Assembly (NCBI GenBank): GCA_910588135.1
Contig: CAJUOT010000005.1
Location: 4,422-68,421 of the forward strand
Direction of reading: 5' to 3'
DNA: 64,000 bases
Origin: an uncultured Oscillospiraceae bacterium
GTDB lineage: Bacteria; Bacillota; Clostridia; Oscillospirales; Oscillospiraceae
Shown in pieces: positions 16,675 to 25,480 of this stretch. Below the pieces are notes generated by a model. That model had not been told where the DNA came from. It worked only from the letters and a program-made list of their open reading frames with translations, and searched no databases. Made by a program: the position numbers and the translations under genes. Each line of letters opens with the position of its first letter. Positions within the stretch are counted from its first letter, which is position 1.

Positions 16675-19070
16675 TCCATTTCTCTCCTTCCCATGGTGAC
16701 AACGATCTCGTTGACGCTGCCGGCGGGCTGGGGCGGGATCAGGCCGTCCGCCGCCCGCCCGTTGCAGGTGACGGACGCCACGCCCTTCTCCACGCCGTGG
16801 GGATTCTGTACGCTGATGCGGTATTCCGCGCCCCGCCACACCCGGGTGACCTGGAATTCCTCCCACCCCGCGGGGACGCAGGGGTCGATGAGCAGCCCGC
16901 TGAACTGGGGGCGCACCCCCAGGATATACCGGGTGGCGGCGAAATAGCTCCAGCCGCCGGAGCCGGTCATGAAGGGGTGGCGGGCCCGGCCGAAGGCGGA
17001 GTGGTCGGGGCCCATGACAAACTGGCAGTAGGAGTAGGGCTCGCTCTGCCGCACCTCTATTTTATCATTCTGCGCCGCCGGACACAAGGCCCGGTAAAAT
17101 TTCATGGCCCGGCCCCCCCGGCCCAGCGCCGCCTCGGCGCACCAGGCCCAGGGGTTGGAGTGGGAGAAGATGGAGCCGTTTTCCTTGACGCCGGGATATA
17201 CCCGGGTGATGAAGCCGATGGCGTCGTCGGGCTTTGTATAGCACGGCGCGTTGAGCCGCAGGCCATACTGGGTGTACAGCGCCCCGTCCACCGCGTCCAT
17301 GGCGCGGACGGCCCGCTCTCCCTGGGCCGCCCCGGACAGCACCGCCCACACGTTGCTCTCCAGATGAACCCGGCCCTCCAGATCGGCGTGCGTGCCGATT
17401 TTGCGCCCGTCGGCGGTGATGCCCCGGAGATACCAGTCCCCGTCCCACAGCTCCCGCTCACAGGTTTCGGTGACGGCGCGGCGCATGGCCTCGTAATGGG
17501 CCGCGTCCTCTTCCCGGCCCAGCGCCCGGGCCGCGTCCACAAAGTGGCCCAGCGCCCACACGTGGAGGAAGGACACCATGGCGCTCTCCCCGCCGCCCAG
17601 GTTCAGGCAGTCGTTCCAGTCCGCCCGCAGGCCCTTGCAGATGCCGTGGGCGCCCACCTGGGCGGCGGAGAAGTCCAGGATTTTTTTCAGGTGGTCGTAG
17701 ATGGTGCCCGCCCCGCCGTCGGCGTAGCCCGCCGTCTCGTCGAAGAAGGACAGCTCCCCGGTCTCCCGGACGTACTCCGCCACGGCGGCCACCAGCCACA
17801 GCGCGTCGTCGGCGCAGGCGTCGGCCAGCCCGTGGACGATGGACGCCTTGTCCGGGGTGGGGATGACGGTGGGGGACTTGTAGGCGGGCTTCTCAGGCTG
17901 GGGGCCGAACCACGCCGGATCAAAGAGGTGGAGCCCGTAGCCGGAGGAGGTCAGCCCCTGCATCAGCTGCATGATCCGCTTTTTGCACCCCTCGGGGTTG
18001 GAGTGGGGGATGGTCATGGCGTCCTGGGCGGTGTCCCGGTAGCCCAAACCTGTGCGCCCGCCCACCTCGATGAAGGAGGCGAACCGGGAGAACATCACGT
18101 TGATCTCGCTCTGGTAGAGGGTCCACACGTTGAGCATCACGTCCATATCCGGGTCGGGGGTGGACACCTGGAGCTTGGAGAGCTTCTGATCCCAGTATTG
18201 GGCCAAATCGGCCAGGGCGGCGTCCACCGCGGCGGGATCGGCGTACTTCTCCCGGACGCGCCGCCCTTCGCCCATGCCGCCCTCGCCCAGCATCCAGGTC
18301 AGGCGGGCCGTTTCGCCGGGGGCCAGGGTGAGGCGTTTTTGCAGCACGGCGCAGTGGTTGTTCCCTTTTTCAAAGGAGGAGAAGCATTCCCCCCGCTCCA
18401 CCGCCAGCGGATTGGACTCCGTGCGGTACGGGCCGAGAAAGCTGTCCCGCAGGCAGTCGAAGCCGTCCGGCTGGAAGGACGAGGCCATAAACTGGTGGGC
18501 GTGCTCATAGAACAGCTCATAGTCGATGATGCCGTCCTCGCAGCGGCTCCCGGCGCAGTACAGGGACATCTGGAAGTTCTGGTTGTCGATGGGGATCTGG
18601 TGGTAGGAGAACTCGGCGTAGGAGAATACGCTCAGCTGCCGCGTCCGGCCCGAGGCGTTCTCCAGCGCCAGATCCCACAGCTCCACGTTCTCCCCCCGGG
18701 GGATGAACAGGGTCTGGGCGGCGTTCACACCGTGACCTGCGCACTCGTACACGGAATAGCTCAGCCCATGGCGGCAGCGGTAGTGGGCCAAGTCCCCGCC
18801 GCAGGGCTGCCAGGACACCGACCAGTACTCCCCCGTCTCGTCGTCCCGGAGGTAGATGTAGTGCCCCGGCCGGTCCATGGGCACCCCGTTGGGCCGGAAG
18901 CGGGTGATCCGGTGGTGCTCCGGGCTCTTGTAAAAGAGATAGCCTCCTGCGGTGTGGTTGACCACGGCGGCCATGTCCTCCACCCCAAGGTAGTTGGTCC
19001 AGGACACGGGCACGTCCACCCGGTCGATGACATATTCCCGCTTTTCCCGGTCAAAGTGCCCGTATTTCAC
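16671..19070 (-). CDS. GH94 family disaccharide phosphorylase (cellobiose/chitobiose phosphorylase-like); substrate not assignable
   Basis: About 800 aa. The N-terminus (V/M)KYGHFDREKREYVIDRVDVPVSWTNYLG is typical of cellobiose phosphorylases. GTG 19070 lies 5 nt after GGCAGGAGGCGG, whereas ATG 19091 has no RBS. Confidence 0.8.
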   Translation of the reverse strand: MKYGHFDREKREYVIDRVDVPVSWTNYLGVEDMAAVVNHTAGGYLFYKSPEHHRITRFRPNGVPMDRPGHYIYLRDDETGEYWSVSWQPCGGDLAHYRCRHGLSYSVYECAGHGVNAAQTLFIPRGENVELWDLALENASGRTRQLSVFSYAEFSYHQIPIDNQNFQMSLYCAGSRCEDGIIDYELFYEHAHQFMASSFQPDGFDCLRDSFLGPYRTESNPLAVERGECFSSFEKGNNHCAVLQKRLTLAPGETARLTWMLGEGGMGEGRRVREKYADPAAVDAALADLAQYWDQKLSKLQVSTPDPDMDVMLNVWTLYQSEINVMFSRFASFIEVGGRTGLGYRDTAQDAMTIPHSNPEGCKKRIMQLMQGLTSSGYGLHLFDPAWFGPQPEKPAYKSPTVIPTPDKASIVHGLADACADDALWLVAAVAEYVRETGELSFFDETAGYADGGAGTIYDHLKKILDFSAAQVGAHGICKGLRADWNDCLNLGGGESAMVSFLHVWALGHFVDAARALGREEDAAHYEAMRRAVTETCERELWDGDWYLRGITADGRKIGTHADLEGRVHLESNVWAVLSGAAQGERAVRAMDAVDGALYTQYGLRLNAPCYTKPDDAIGFITRVYPGVKENGSIFSHSNPWAWCAEAALGRGGRAMKFYRALCPAAQNDKIEVRQSEPYSYCQFVMGPDHSAFGRARHPFMTGSGGWSYFAATRYILGVRPQFSGLLIDPCVPAGWEEFQVTRVWRGAEYRISVQNPHGVEKGVASVTCNGRAADGLIPPQPAGSVNEIVVTMGRREME

Positions 19071-19217
19071 GCAGACCGCCTCCTGCCGCATTTTATAATG
19101 CCATTATATAGGAGGCCGGGGCGGCGGGCCATGGCAGGCAATGCGTTCTTTTGCCGCTGATTGTCAGATGCGGGGCGGAGAGGACAGCTGGGCGGCGCGC
19201 CCGCGCTGTTTCATTTG

Positions 19218-19262
19218 CCATAAAAAGCCGCCGCAAGCGATGTGGCGCTTGCGGCGGTTTGG
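19218..19262 (-). terminator. Rho-independent terminator after the nucleotidyltransferase gene
   Basis: Minus strand: ACCGCCGCAAGCG-loop-CGCTTGCGGCGGC followed by TTTTTAT. Confidence 0.8.
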
Positions 19263-19285
19263 CGCAAATGTGCCGGGGCGGATTG

Positions 19286-20200
19286 CTACCGGGACCAGAG
19301 ATCATCGGGATAAAGGCCGGCGGCTGTCATTTCCGCGATGGCGGCGGCGACGGCGGGCTTGTCCTCCTGATAGGTGACGCCGTACCACCGGTCCCTGGAG
19401 GACAGGGCCCGCACGGCGGCCTGCCCTTCCTGAATGAGCTGCCCCACCAGGGTGGGGAGCAGGTACTCCCCTTTCATGGGGTTTTCAGCCAGGATTCGGT
19501 CCAGAAAGGCGGGAAAGCGCTCCTGAGCCCGCTCCAGCAGGGAGGGATTGAACCCCCAGAAGTTCATGGACACCATGGCGTCCCCGGGAAGCTGGGTCCA
19601 GGTCGCTCCCCCGTCCTCGGTGAAGCGGGGGGGAGGACCCTTTTCGATGCGGGTGCGCTCCACAACGCCGGTGAGCAGGCCGTCCGCCCCCACCTGACAC
19701 ACCCCGCGGGCCACGTGCCCATAGTCGGTGACGGTGTTCTCCAGCCGGTAAGCCACCATGGCGTATTCGTCCCCGTCCGGGTGGGCGCAGAGGTAGTCGT
19801 AGATCACCTGGAAGGCCGAGGGGCCGTAGTAATCGTCGGCGTTGATGATGGCGAAGGGGCCGTCCAGGAAGGGGCGGGCCGCCAGCGCCGCCTGGGCGGT
19901 GCCCCAGGGCTTGGCCCGGCCTTTCGGAATGGAATATCCCTCCGGCAGCGCGTCCATGCGCTGGAAGGCGTAATGTACGTTCATGCGGGGCTCAATCCGG
20001 CAGCCGACGCGCTCTCTGAAATCCGCCTCAATCTCGTCCTTGATGACGAAAACCACCGTCTCAAACCCGGCCCGCCGGGCGTCGTAAATGGAATAGTCCA
20101 GAATGACCTGGCCGTGGCCGCCCACGGGGTCCATCTGCTTGAGCCCGCCGTAGCGGCTGCCCATGCCAGCGGCCATGATGACGAGAACCGGCTTCTTCAT
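19286..20200 (-). CDS. Sugar-phosphate nucleotidyltransferase family protein
   Basis: MKKPVLVIMAAGMGSRYGGLKQ is an NTP_transferase G-loop. 304 aa. ATG 20200 lies 8 nt after AAGGAGG. Confidence 0.7.
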   Translation of the reverse strand: MKKPVLVIMAAGMGSRYGGLKQMDPVGGHGQVILDYSIYDARRAGFETVVFVIKDEIEADFRERVGCRIEPRMNVHYAFQRMDALPEGYSIPKGRAKPWGTAQAALAARPFLDGPFAIINADDYYGPSAFQVIYDYLCAHPDGDEYAMVAYRLENTVTDYGHVARGVCQVGADGLLTGVVERTRIEKGPPPRFTEDGGATWTQLPGDAMVSMNFWGFNPSLLERAQERFPAFLDRILAENPMKGEYLLPTLVGQLIQEGQAAVRALSSRDRWYGVTYQEDKPAVAAAIAEMTAAGLYPDDLWSR

Positions 20201-20218
20201 GGGAAGCAACCTCCTTAT

Positions 20219-21187
20219 TTAAATGGTGAACTGGATGGCGCAGAACGCGGCGTATACCGCCAGCAGCGCGATCCCCTGGAAGCGGCTGAGCTTTCCCCGC
20301 CTGAGGGCGGGGAGGGTGAGGAAGGCCATCACCGCCAGCATTACCGGGATGTCCAGCACCAGCGAGGCGTTGTGCCCCGCGATAGTGGAATTCTGGGGGA
20401 TGGAGAAGGGGGCCAGCGTCACCGACACCCCGGACACCAGCACCAGATTGAACAGATTGGCGCCGATCACGTTGCCCAGGGACAGCGCCCCGTGGCCCTT
20501 GACCAGGGAGGTGATGGCGGTGACCAGCTCGGGCAGGGACGTGCCCAGGGCCACGAAGGTGAGGGCGATCACCGACTCGGGCACGCCCAGGGCCTGGGCG
20601 ATCAGGGTGCCGTTGTCCACCAGCAGGTCGGCCCCCACGGCGATCAGCGCCGCCCCGGCGATGAGCAGAACCACGTCTTTGAGCATGGAGCTCTCCTCCG
20701 CCTCCGGCCGGGACGCGGGGGGATGGGCGGAGGAGTGGGACTTCATCTGCCACACCGTGGCGAACATATAGGCGCAGAACATACCCAGCAGGATCAGGCC
20801 GGTGCTCCGGCTGAAATAGCGGGTGGTGTAGGCCACGCCGGCATAGATGGCGGCGGCGGTGAAGAAAAAGCCCACCGGCAGGCGCAGGGATTTCGGGTCC
20901 ACCTTTCCCGGGCGGACGGCCGCCGTGATGGCGGCGATGAGGGCGGTGTTGCAGATGACGGAGCCGATGGCGTTGCCGTAGGCGATTTCGCCGTGGCCGG
21001 ACAGGGCGGAGGTGGTGGACACCATCACCTCGGGCAGGGTGGTGCCGATGGACACCACCGTGGCGCCGATGAGCAGCTCGGGCAGGCCGAACCTGCGGGC
21101 GATGCCGGTGGCGCCGTCCACGAACCAGTCGCCCCCCTTGATGAGGAAGACCAGGCCAACGGCGAACAAAAGAACCGGGACAATCAT
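20219..21187 (-). CDS. Calcium/sodium antiporter (CaCA, YrbG-like)
   Basis: Two alpha-repeats: GATVVSIGTTLPEVMVS and LTFVALGTSLPELVTA. 322 aa, about 10 TM helices. Confidence 0.85.
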   Translation of the reverse strand: MIVPVLLFAVGLVFLIKGGDWFVDGATGIARRFGLPELLIGATVVSIGTTLPEVMVSTTSALSGHGEIAYGNAIGSVICNTALIAAITAAVRPGKVDPKSLRLPVGFFFTAAAIYAGVAYTTRYFSRSTGLILLGMFCAYMFATVWQMKSHSSAHPPASRPEAEESSMLKDVVLLIAGAALIAVGADLLVDNGTLIAQALGVPESVIALTFVALGTSLPELVTAITSLVKGHGALSLGNVIGANLFNLVLVSGVSVTLAPFSIPQNSTIAGHNASLVLDIPVMLAVMAFLTLPALRRGKLSRFQGIALLAVYAAFCAIQFTI

Positions 21188-21331
21188 GATATATACCTCC
21201 CAGGCCCCCGCGCGGCCGGGACGGGGGCAGGCTCGAATGTGGATGGATTTGGCTGTGACACTGATAGTTTAACCATACCCGGATGGATTTGTCAATGGTT
21301 ACCTGGGGCTTTTGAGAGGGAACGGTTGCTG

Positions 21332-21360
21332 TTGCATTTTCCCCGCGCCTACGGTATAAT
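21332..21360 (+). promoter_or_regulatory. Sigma-A type promoter (TTGCAT-17 nt-TATAAT)
   Basis: TTGCAT at 21332-21337, a 17-nt spacer, TATAAT at 21355-21360, upstream of the DUF975-like gene. Confidence 0.65.
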
Positions 21361-21411
21361 GGGGAAAACGCCGCGCCAAGGCCCGGCGTGAGGAGAGAAG
21401 GAGGTATTGTC

Positions 21412-22557
21412 ATGGGATATGACCGTGCGCAGCTCAAGCGAGACGTGAAACAGGCCATGCGGGAGACCAGGCCCAGGCCCATGCTGGTGGCGCTGCTGTT
21501 CGGCGTCATCGTGTCGGTGGGGACGTGGATTATCAACGGGGTTCTGGGCCGGCTGCTCACCGGCGGCATGGGGGACTACTCCTCGATGCTGCTCTACTAT
21601 ATCCAGCGGGGCTATGAGTGGGACGAGGCCATGGAGCAGGTGGTGCTGGAGCTGGTGAGCCAGGGCCCCGGCGCCATGTTTGCCGTTATTGTGGGCGGTG
21701 TGGTGGTGTCCATCCTGGTCTCGCTGTGGCAGGGCACCATGAACGTTGGGTATGAGGGCTACGCCCTGTCCATGGTGCGCCGGGAGAACCCGGATACGGC
21801 CCGGGTGTTCTGCGCGCTCCCCCGCATAGGCGGCGTGCTGGTCACCCGCATTCTGGTGGGCGTGTTCACAGCCTTGTGGACGCTGCTGCTGGTTGGGATT
21901 TTTATGGCGGCCGGTCTGGCGGTGACCGCGCTGGCCGTGGCGGTTGACTCGGAGTGGCTGATGTATTTGTTCCTGGTGCCCGCCGCGGTGGCTTTGGGCC
22001 TGGGCATGATCTGGGTGACGATGCGCTACGCCCTGACGGATTACGCCCTGCTGGACCAGAACCTGTCCGGCATGGACGCCGTCCGGGAGAGCAAGCGGCT
22101 CATGCGGGGCAACACCGGGAAGGCGTTTGTGCTCCAGCTGTCCTTCTTCGGCTGGTATCTGCTGCTCTTTGCCATCATCTACCTGGGGATCATCCTGGCG
22201 GTCATCCCCATTGTGGTTGCGTTGGGCTCGGGCAGCTCCGGCGGGCTGGTGGCCTCGTCCGGCCTCGCGCTGGTTGTCATCGCCGCGGTGGTCATCGGCG
22301 CGTCGGTGCTGATGCTCTGGCTGCGGCCCTATGAGACGGGGGCCATGGCGGAGTTTTACGACTGGGCCAGATCAAGCGTGGACGGCGTGTCCGGCGGCTG
22401 GGGCGGCGGCGCGGCCCCCAACGGCTGGGGCGGCCCCACGGACTACAGCTGGAGGACGGGGCCCGCCTCGGGGACAGGGACGGGTTCCAACCCCGGGAAC
22501 GGCGGCGGGCTTCCGCCCAGGCAGCCCAAGTCTCCCAAGGACGACCCCTGGAACTGA
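21412..22557 (+). CDS. DUF975-like integral membrane protein with a Gly/Trp/Pro-rich C-terminal tail
   Basis: MGYDRAQLKRDVKQAMRETRPRPMLVALLF... is a DUF975-style N-terminus. Multiple TM helices. The tail is GGWGGGAAPNGWGGPTDYSW...GNGGGLPP. ATG 21412 follows AGAAGGAGG. Confidence 0.7.
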   Translation: MGYDRAQLKRDVKQAMRETRPRPMLVALLFGVIVSVGTWIINGVLGRLLTGGMGDYSSMLLYYIQRGYEWDEAMEQVVLELVSQGPGAMFAVIVGGVVVSILVSLWQGTMNVGYEGYALSMVRRENPDTARVFCALPRIGGVLVTRILVGVFTALWTLLLVGIFMAAGLAVTALAVAVDSEWLMYLFLVPAAVALGLGMIWVTMRYALTDYALLDQNLSGMDAVRESKRLMRGNTGKAFVLQLSFFGWYLLLFAIIYLGIILAVIPIVVALGSGSSGGLVASSGLALVVIAAVVIGASVLMLWLRPYETGAMAEFYDWARSSVDGVSGGWGGGAAPNGWGGPTDYSWRTGPASGTGTGSNPGNGGGLPPRQPKSPKDDPWN

Positions 22558-22573
22558 GGAGGAGAGATCACCC

Positions 22574-23773
22574 ATGGAGAAGCTGCAAATGAAGACCCCG
22601 CTGGTGGAGATGGACGGGGACGAGATGACCCGCATCCTCTGGCGGCAGATCAAGGAGGAGCTGCTGGAGCCCTATATTGACCTCAAGACCGAATACTACG
22701 ACCTGGGCCTCCCCCACCGGGAGGAGACCGGCGACCAGGTGACCGTGGACGCGGCCCATGCCAATCAAAAATACGGCGTGGCCGTCAAATGCGCCACCAT
22801 CACCCCCAACGCCCAGCGGGTGGAGGAGTATAAGCTGTCCCAGATGTGGAAGTCCCCCAACGGCACCATCCGGGCCATCCTGGACGGCACCGTATTCCGC
22901 GCGCCCATTATGGTCAAGGGGCTGAACCCGGTGGTGAAGAACTGGAAGGCCCCCATCACCATCGCCCGCCACGCCTTCGGAGACGTGTACAAGGCCGCGG
23001 AGTTCAAGGTTCCCGGCCCTGGCACGGCGGAGCTGGTGTTCACCGGCGCGGACGGCGGGGAGGAGCGCCAGACCATCCACACCTTTGACGGCCCCGGCGT
23101 GCTCCAGGGGCAGTTCAACGTGGACCGGTCCATCGCGTCCTTTGCCCGCTCCTGCTTTAACTTTGCCCTGGACACCAGACAGGATTTGTGGTTTTCCACC
23201 AAGGACACCATCTCCAAGCAGTACGACCACACCTTCAAGGATATCTTTGCAGAGGTTTATGAGGCGGAGTACAGGGAGAAGTTCGAGCAGGCGGGCATCA
23301 CCTACTTCTACACCCTCATCGACGACGCGGTGGCCCGGGTGATCCGCTCCAAAGGGGGCTTCATCTGGGCGTGCAAGAACTACGACGGCGATGTGATGAG
23401 CGACATGGTGTCCACCGCCTTCGGCTCCCTGGCCATGATGACCTCCGTGCTGGTCTCCCCCGACGGCAGCTACGAGTACGAGGCCGCCCACGGCACCGTC
23501 ACCCAGCATTACTACCGCCACCTGAAGGGGGAGCAGGTGTCCACCAACCCCATGGCCACCCTCTTTGCCTGGACGGGGGCGCTGGGCAAGCGGGGCGAGC
23601 TGGACAGCCTGCCCGAGCTCACCGCCTTTGCCCAAAAGCTGGAACAGGCCGCCGTTGACACCATTGAGAGCGGCGTGATGACCGGGGATCTGGCCGGCCT
23701 GTGGGAGGGGGAGGCCCCCGCCCGCAAGGTGATCGGGCTGGAGTTCCTGCGGGCTGTCCGGAGCAGGCTTTGA
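22574..23773 (+). CDS. icd: NADP-dependent isocitrate dehydrogenase (eukaryote-like IDH1 type)
   Basis: VKCATITPNAQRVEEYKLSQMWKSPNGTIRAILDGTVFRAPI closely resembles the IDH1/IDP family. 399 aa. ATG 22574 follows GGAGGAGAG. Confidence 0.9.
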   Translation: MEKLQMKTPLVEMDGDEMTRILWRQIKEELLEPYIDLKTEYYDLGLPHREETGDQVTVDAAHANQKYGVAVKCATITPNAQRVEEYKLSQMWKSPNGTIRAILDGTVFRAPIMVKGLNPVVKNWKAPITIARHAFGDVYKAAEFKVPGPGTAELVFTGADGGEERQTIHTFDGPGVLQGQFNVDRSIASFARSCFNFALDTRQDLWFSTKDTISKQYDHTFKDIFAEVYEAEYREKFEQAGITYFYTLIDDAVARVIRSKGGFIWACKNYDGDVMSDMVSTAFGSLAMMTSVLVSPDGSYEYEAAHGTVTQHYYRHLKGEQVSTNPMATLFAWTGALGKRGELDSLPELTAFAQKLEQAAVDTIESGVMTGDLAGLWEGEAPARKVIGLEFLRAVRSRL

Positions 23774-23777
23774 ACGG

Positions 23778-23824
23778 AAAAAGACAGCCGCGCGGCCTTG
23801 ACGCCGCGCGGCTGTCTTTGTTTG
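23778..23824. terminator. Bidirectional terminator between icd and the DUF378 gene
   Basis: AAAAAGACAGCCGCGCGG-loop-CCGCGCGGCTGTCTTTGTTT, lying between convergent genes. Confidence 0.8.
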
Positions 23825-23839
23825 CGCCTGGGCGGCGCG

Positions 23840-24058
23840 TCAGGCATGGCTGGTCCGGGCGTGGCCGTCCTCGGTGCGGAACAGCAGGGTGAGGCACCAG
23901 ACGGCGGCCACCGCCACCAGGACGTAGACCAGGCGGGACATCCAGCTGTCGGAGCCGCCGAACAGGAACGCCACCAGATCGAAGCGGAACAGCCCGACAC
24001 AGCCCCAGTTCAGCCCGCCGATGATGGCCAGCGTCAGGGCGATCTTGTCCAGAAACAC
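23840..24058 (-). CDS. DUF378 domain-containing small membrane protein
   Basis: IALTLAIIGGLNWGCVGLFRFDLVAFLFGG is the DUF378 signature. 72 aa. GTG start lies 9 nt after AAGGAGG. Confidence 0.8.
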   Translation of the reverse strand: MFLDKIALTLAIIGGLNWGCVGLFRFDLVAFLFGGSDSWMSRLVYVLVAVAAVWCLTLLFRTEDGHARTSHA

Positions 24059-24186
24059 GGTAAAAAACCTCCTTGAACCGGGAACGCCGTATGAACGGAC
24101 GGCCCGGTTTTGTGCTTACGGAGGTAGTTTGCGCCGGGTTTCCAGGGCTATGCAGGAAAATTTTGAATGAAACAGGGGGGACAGGC

Positions 24187-25278
24187 TCACTCCGCCGTGA
24201 CGGTTTTGCTGGTGGGGATGAAGCACACGTAGCTGCGCCCCCGGCCCAGGGCGAGGGGCTGGCCGTCCTCGGTGAAATAGCGCAGCTGCTGCTCTGCGCC
24301 GCCCTTTTCCCAGGTGATGGGGATGATCTTCCCGCCGCAGGCGAACCAGCCCTTGCCGGATTCCAGCCCGACCTTGACCCGTCCGGCGTTGTCCAGCACC
24401 TTGTAGGTGGTTTGCAGGACCAGGAGGTTGACGGTGCTCACCTGGCTGCCGTCGTTGCCGTCGATGTAAGGCTCCCCGTATTCCTCCGCCAGATAGACGC
24501 CCCGGTCCGCGTCGTAGCGGAACACGCCGGTTTTGTAGCTGGAGAAGGGGACGGTGACGGTGAGGGCGCTGCCGCCCCCCGCGGGCGTCCCGTTGTCGGC
24601 AAAGGCCATCTGGTAGGCATAGCCGTCCTTGTGCGTTCCCCGGTTTTCCTTTTCCAGCATGGCCGTAATGGCCTCGCCGGAGGTGAGCAGGGAGTGTTCA
24701 AAGGCGTAGTGGTGGCCGGCCACCCGGTCCCGGTTCCGCCAGAACATTCCGGCGGAGGCGCTGGAGTAGCGGCCGTTGACCCCGTCCACGGTGAACAGGC
24801 TCAGGTTCTTTTTGGTCTCGTAAAACTCCGGGCTGGCCCCGGCGTGGATGTACACCGCGTCATGCCCCTGGGCGATCTCCCAGTAGTACTGCCGGGCGGA
24901 GCGCACCGAGCCGATGAGGCCCAGCTCCTCCGGCTCCAGGTACACCGCCAGCATCCGGGTGATGCCGCCCTCCGCCAGCAGCTCGTAAATGATATCCGCC
25001 TGACTGTTGCCCTGCTGGGGCTGGGCCGCCTTCAGGTTGTTGAGCATGACGGCCACCGGGCGCTTCTGGGAGAGGTCTGTCTCACTGGGCAGGCCGGTAA
25101 GGGGGCTGCGGAAGGCGGGCTCCGGCGTGGGGGTGGGGACAGGCTCCGGCGTGGGGGTGGCCGGAACTTCGGAGACAGGAATGGTGGGCGTGGGGCTGTC
25201 CGGGCCGGGTTTTTCACCGCCGCAGCCCGCGGACAGCAGGAGCAGCAGGGCACAGAGCAGACAGGTGATTCGCTTCAT
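24187..25278 (-). CDS. DUF3048 (YerB-like) lipoprotein
   Basis: MKRITCLLCALLLLLSAGCGG has a lipobox. SPLTGLP...RPVAVMLNNLKAAQPQQGNSQADIIYELLAEGGITRMLAVY is the DUF3048 signature. Confidence 0.8.
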   Translation of the reverse strand: MKRITCLLCALLLLLSAGCGGEKPGPDSPTPTIPVSEVPATPTPEPVPTPTPEPAFRSPLTGLPSETDLSQKRPVAVMLNNLKAAQPQQGNSQADIIYELLAEGGITRMLAVYLEPEELGLIGSVRSARQYYWEIAQGHDAVYIHAGASPEFYETKKNLSLFTVDGVNGRYSSASAGMFWRNRDRVAGHHYAFEHSLLTSGEAITAMLEKENRGTHKDGYAYQMAFADNGTPAGGGSALTVTVPFSSYKTGVFRYDADRGVYLAEEYGEPYIDGNDGSQVSTVNLLVLQTTYKVLDNAGRVKVGLESGKGWFACGGKIIPITWEKGGAEQQLRYFTEDGQPLALGRGRSYVCFIPTSKTVTAE

Positions 25279-25480
25279 AATAAAGGGTCCCTCCTCGAGA
25301 CGCGCCCGCCGCAGGCGGACAAAGATAACCTTATTATAACAATTGTGTCGAAGATTGTAAATGGACAGTTGATTTTCTTTTGCGGGAACGCGGGAAAAAC
25401 CATGGTGGCAGGGCGGCCGCCTGTGTGATATAATGCCGTACGGTGGAAGAAATTCCTTCATGGGAGGGGACAGGAAGGAC

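Noticed and set aside
16797-21391. Two very long plus-strand ORFs (787 aa and 746 aa) antisense to GH94, the nucleotidyltransferase and the antiporter
   Set aside because: They are Gly/His/Val/Pro-rich and cross real gene boundaries and a terminator. All the motif-bearing proteins are on the minus strand.
22331-22573. 81-aa N-terminal extension of the isocitrate dehydrogenase ORF
   Set aside because: It overlaps the 3' end of the DUF975 gene and is Pro/Gly/Arg-rich. ATG 22574 has an RBS and yields a full-length IDH1-type protein of 399 aa.
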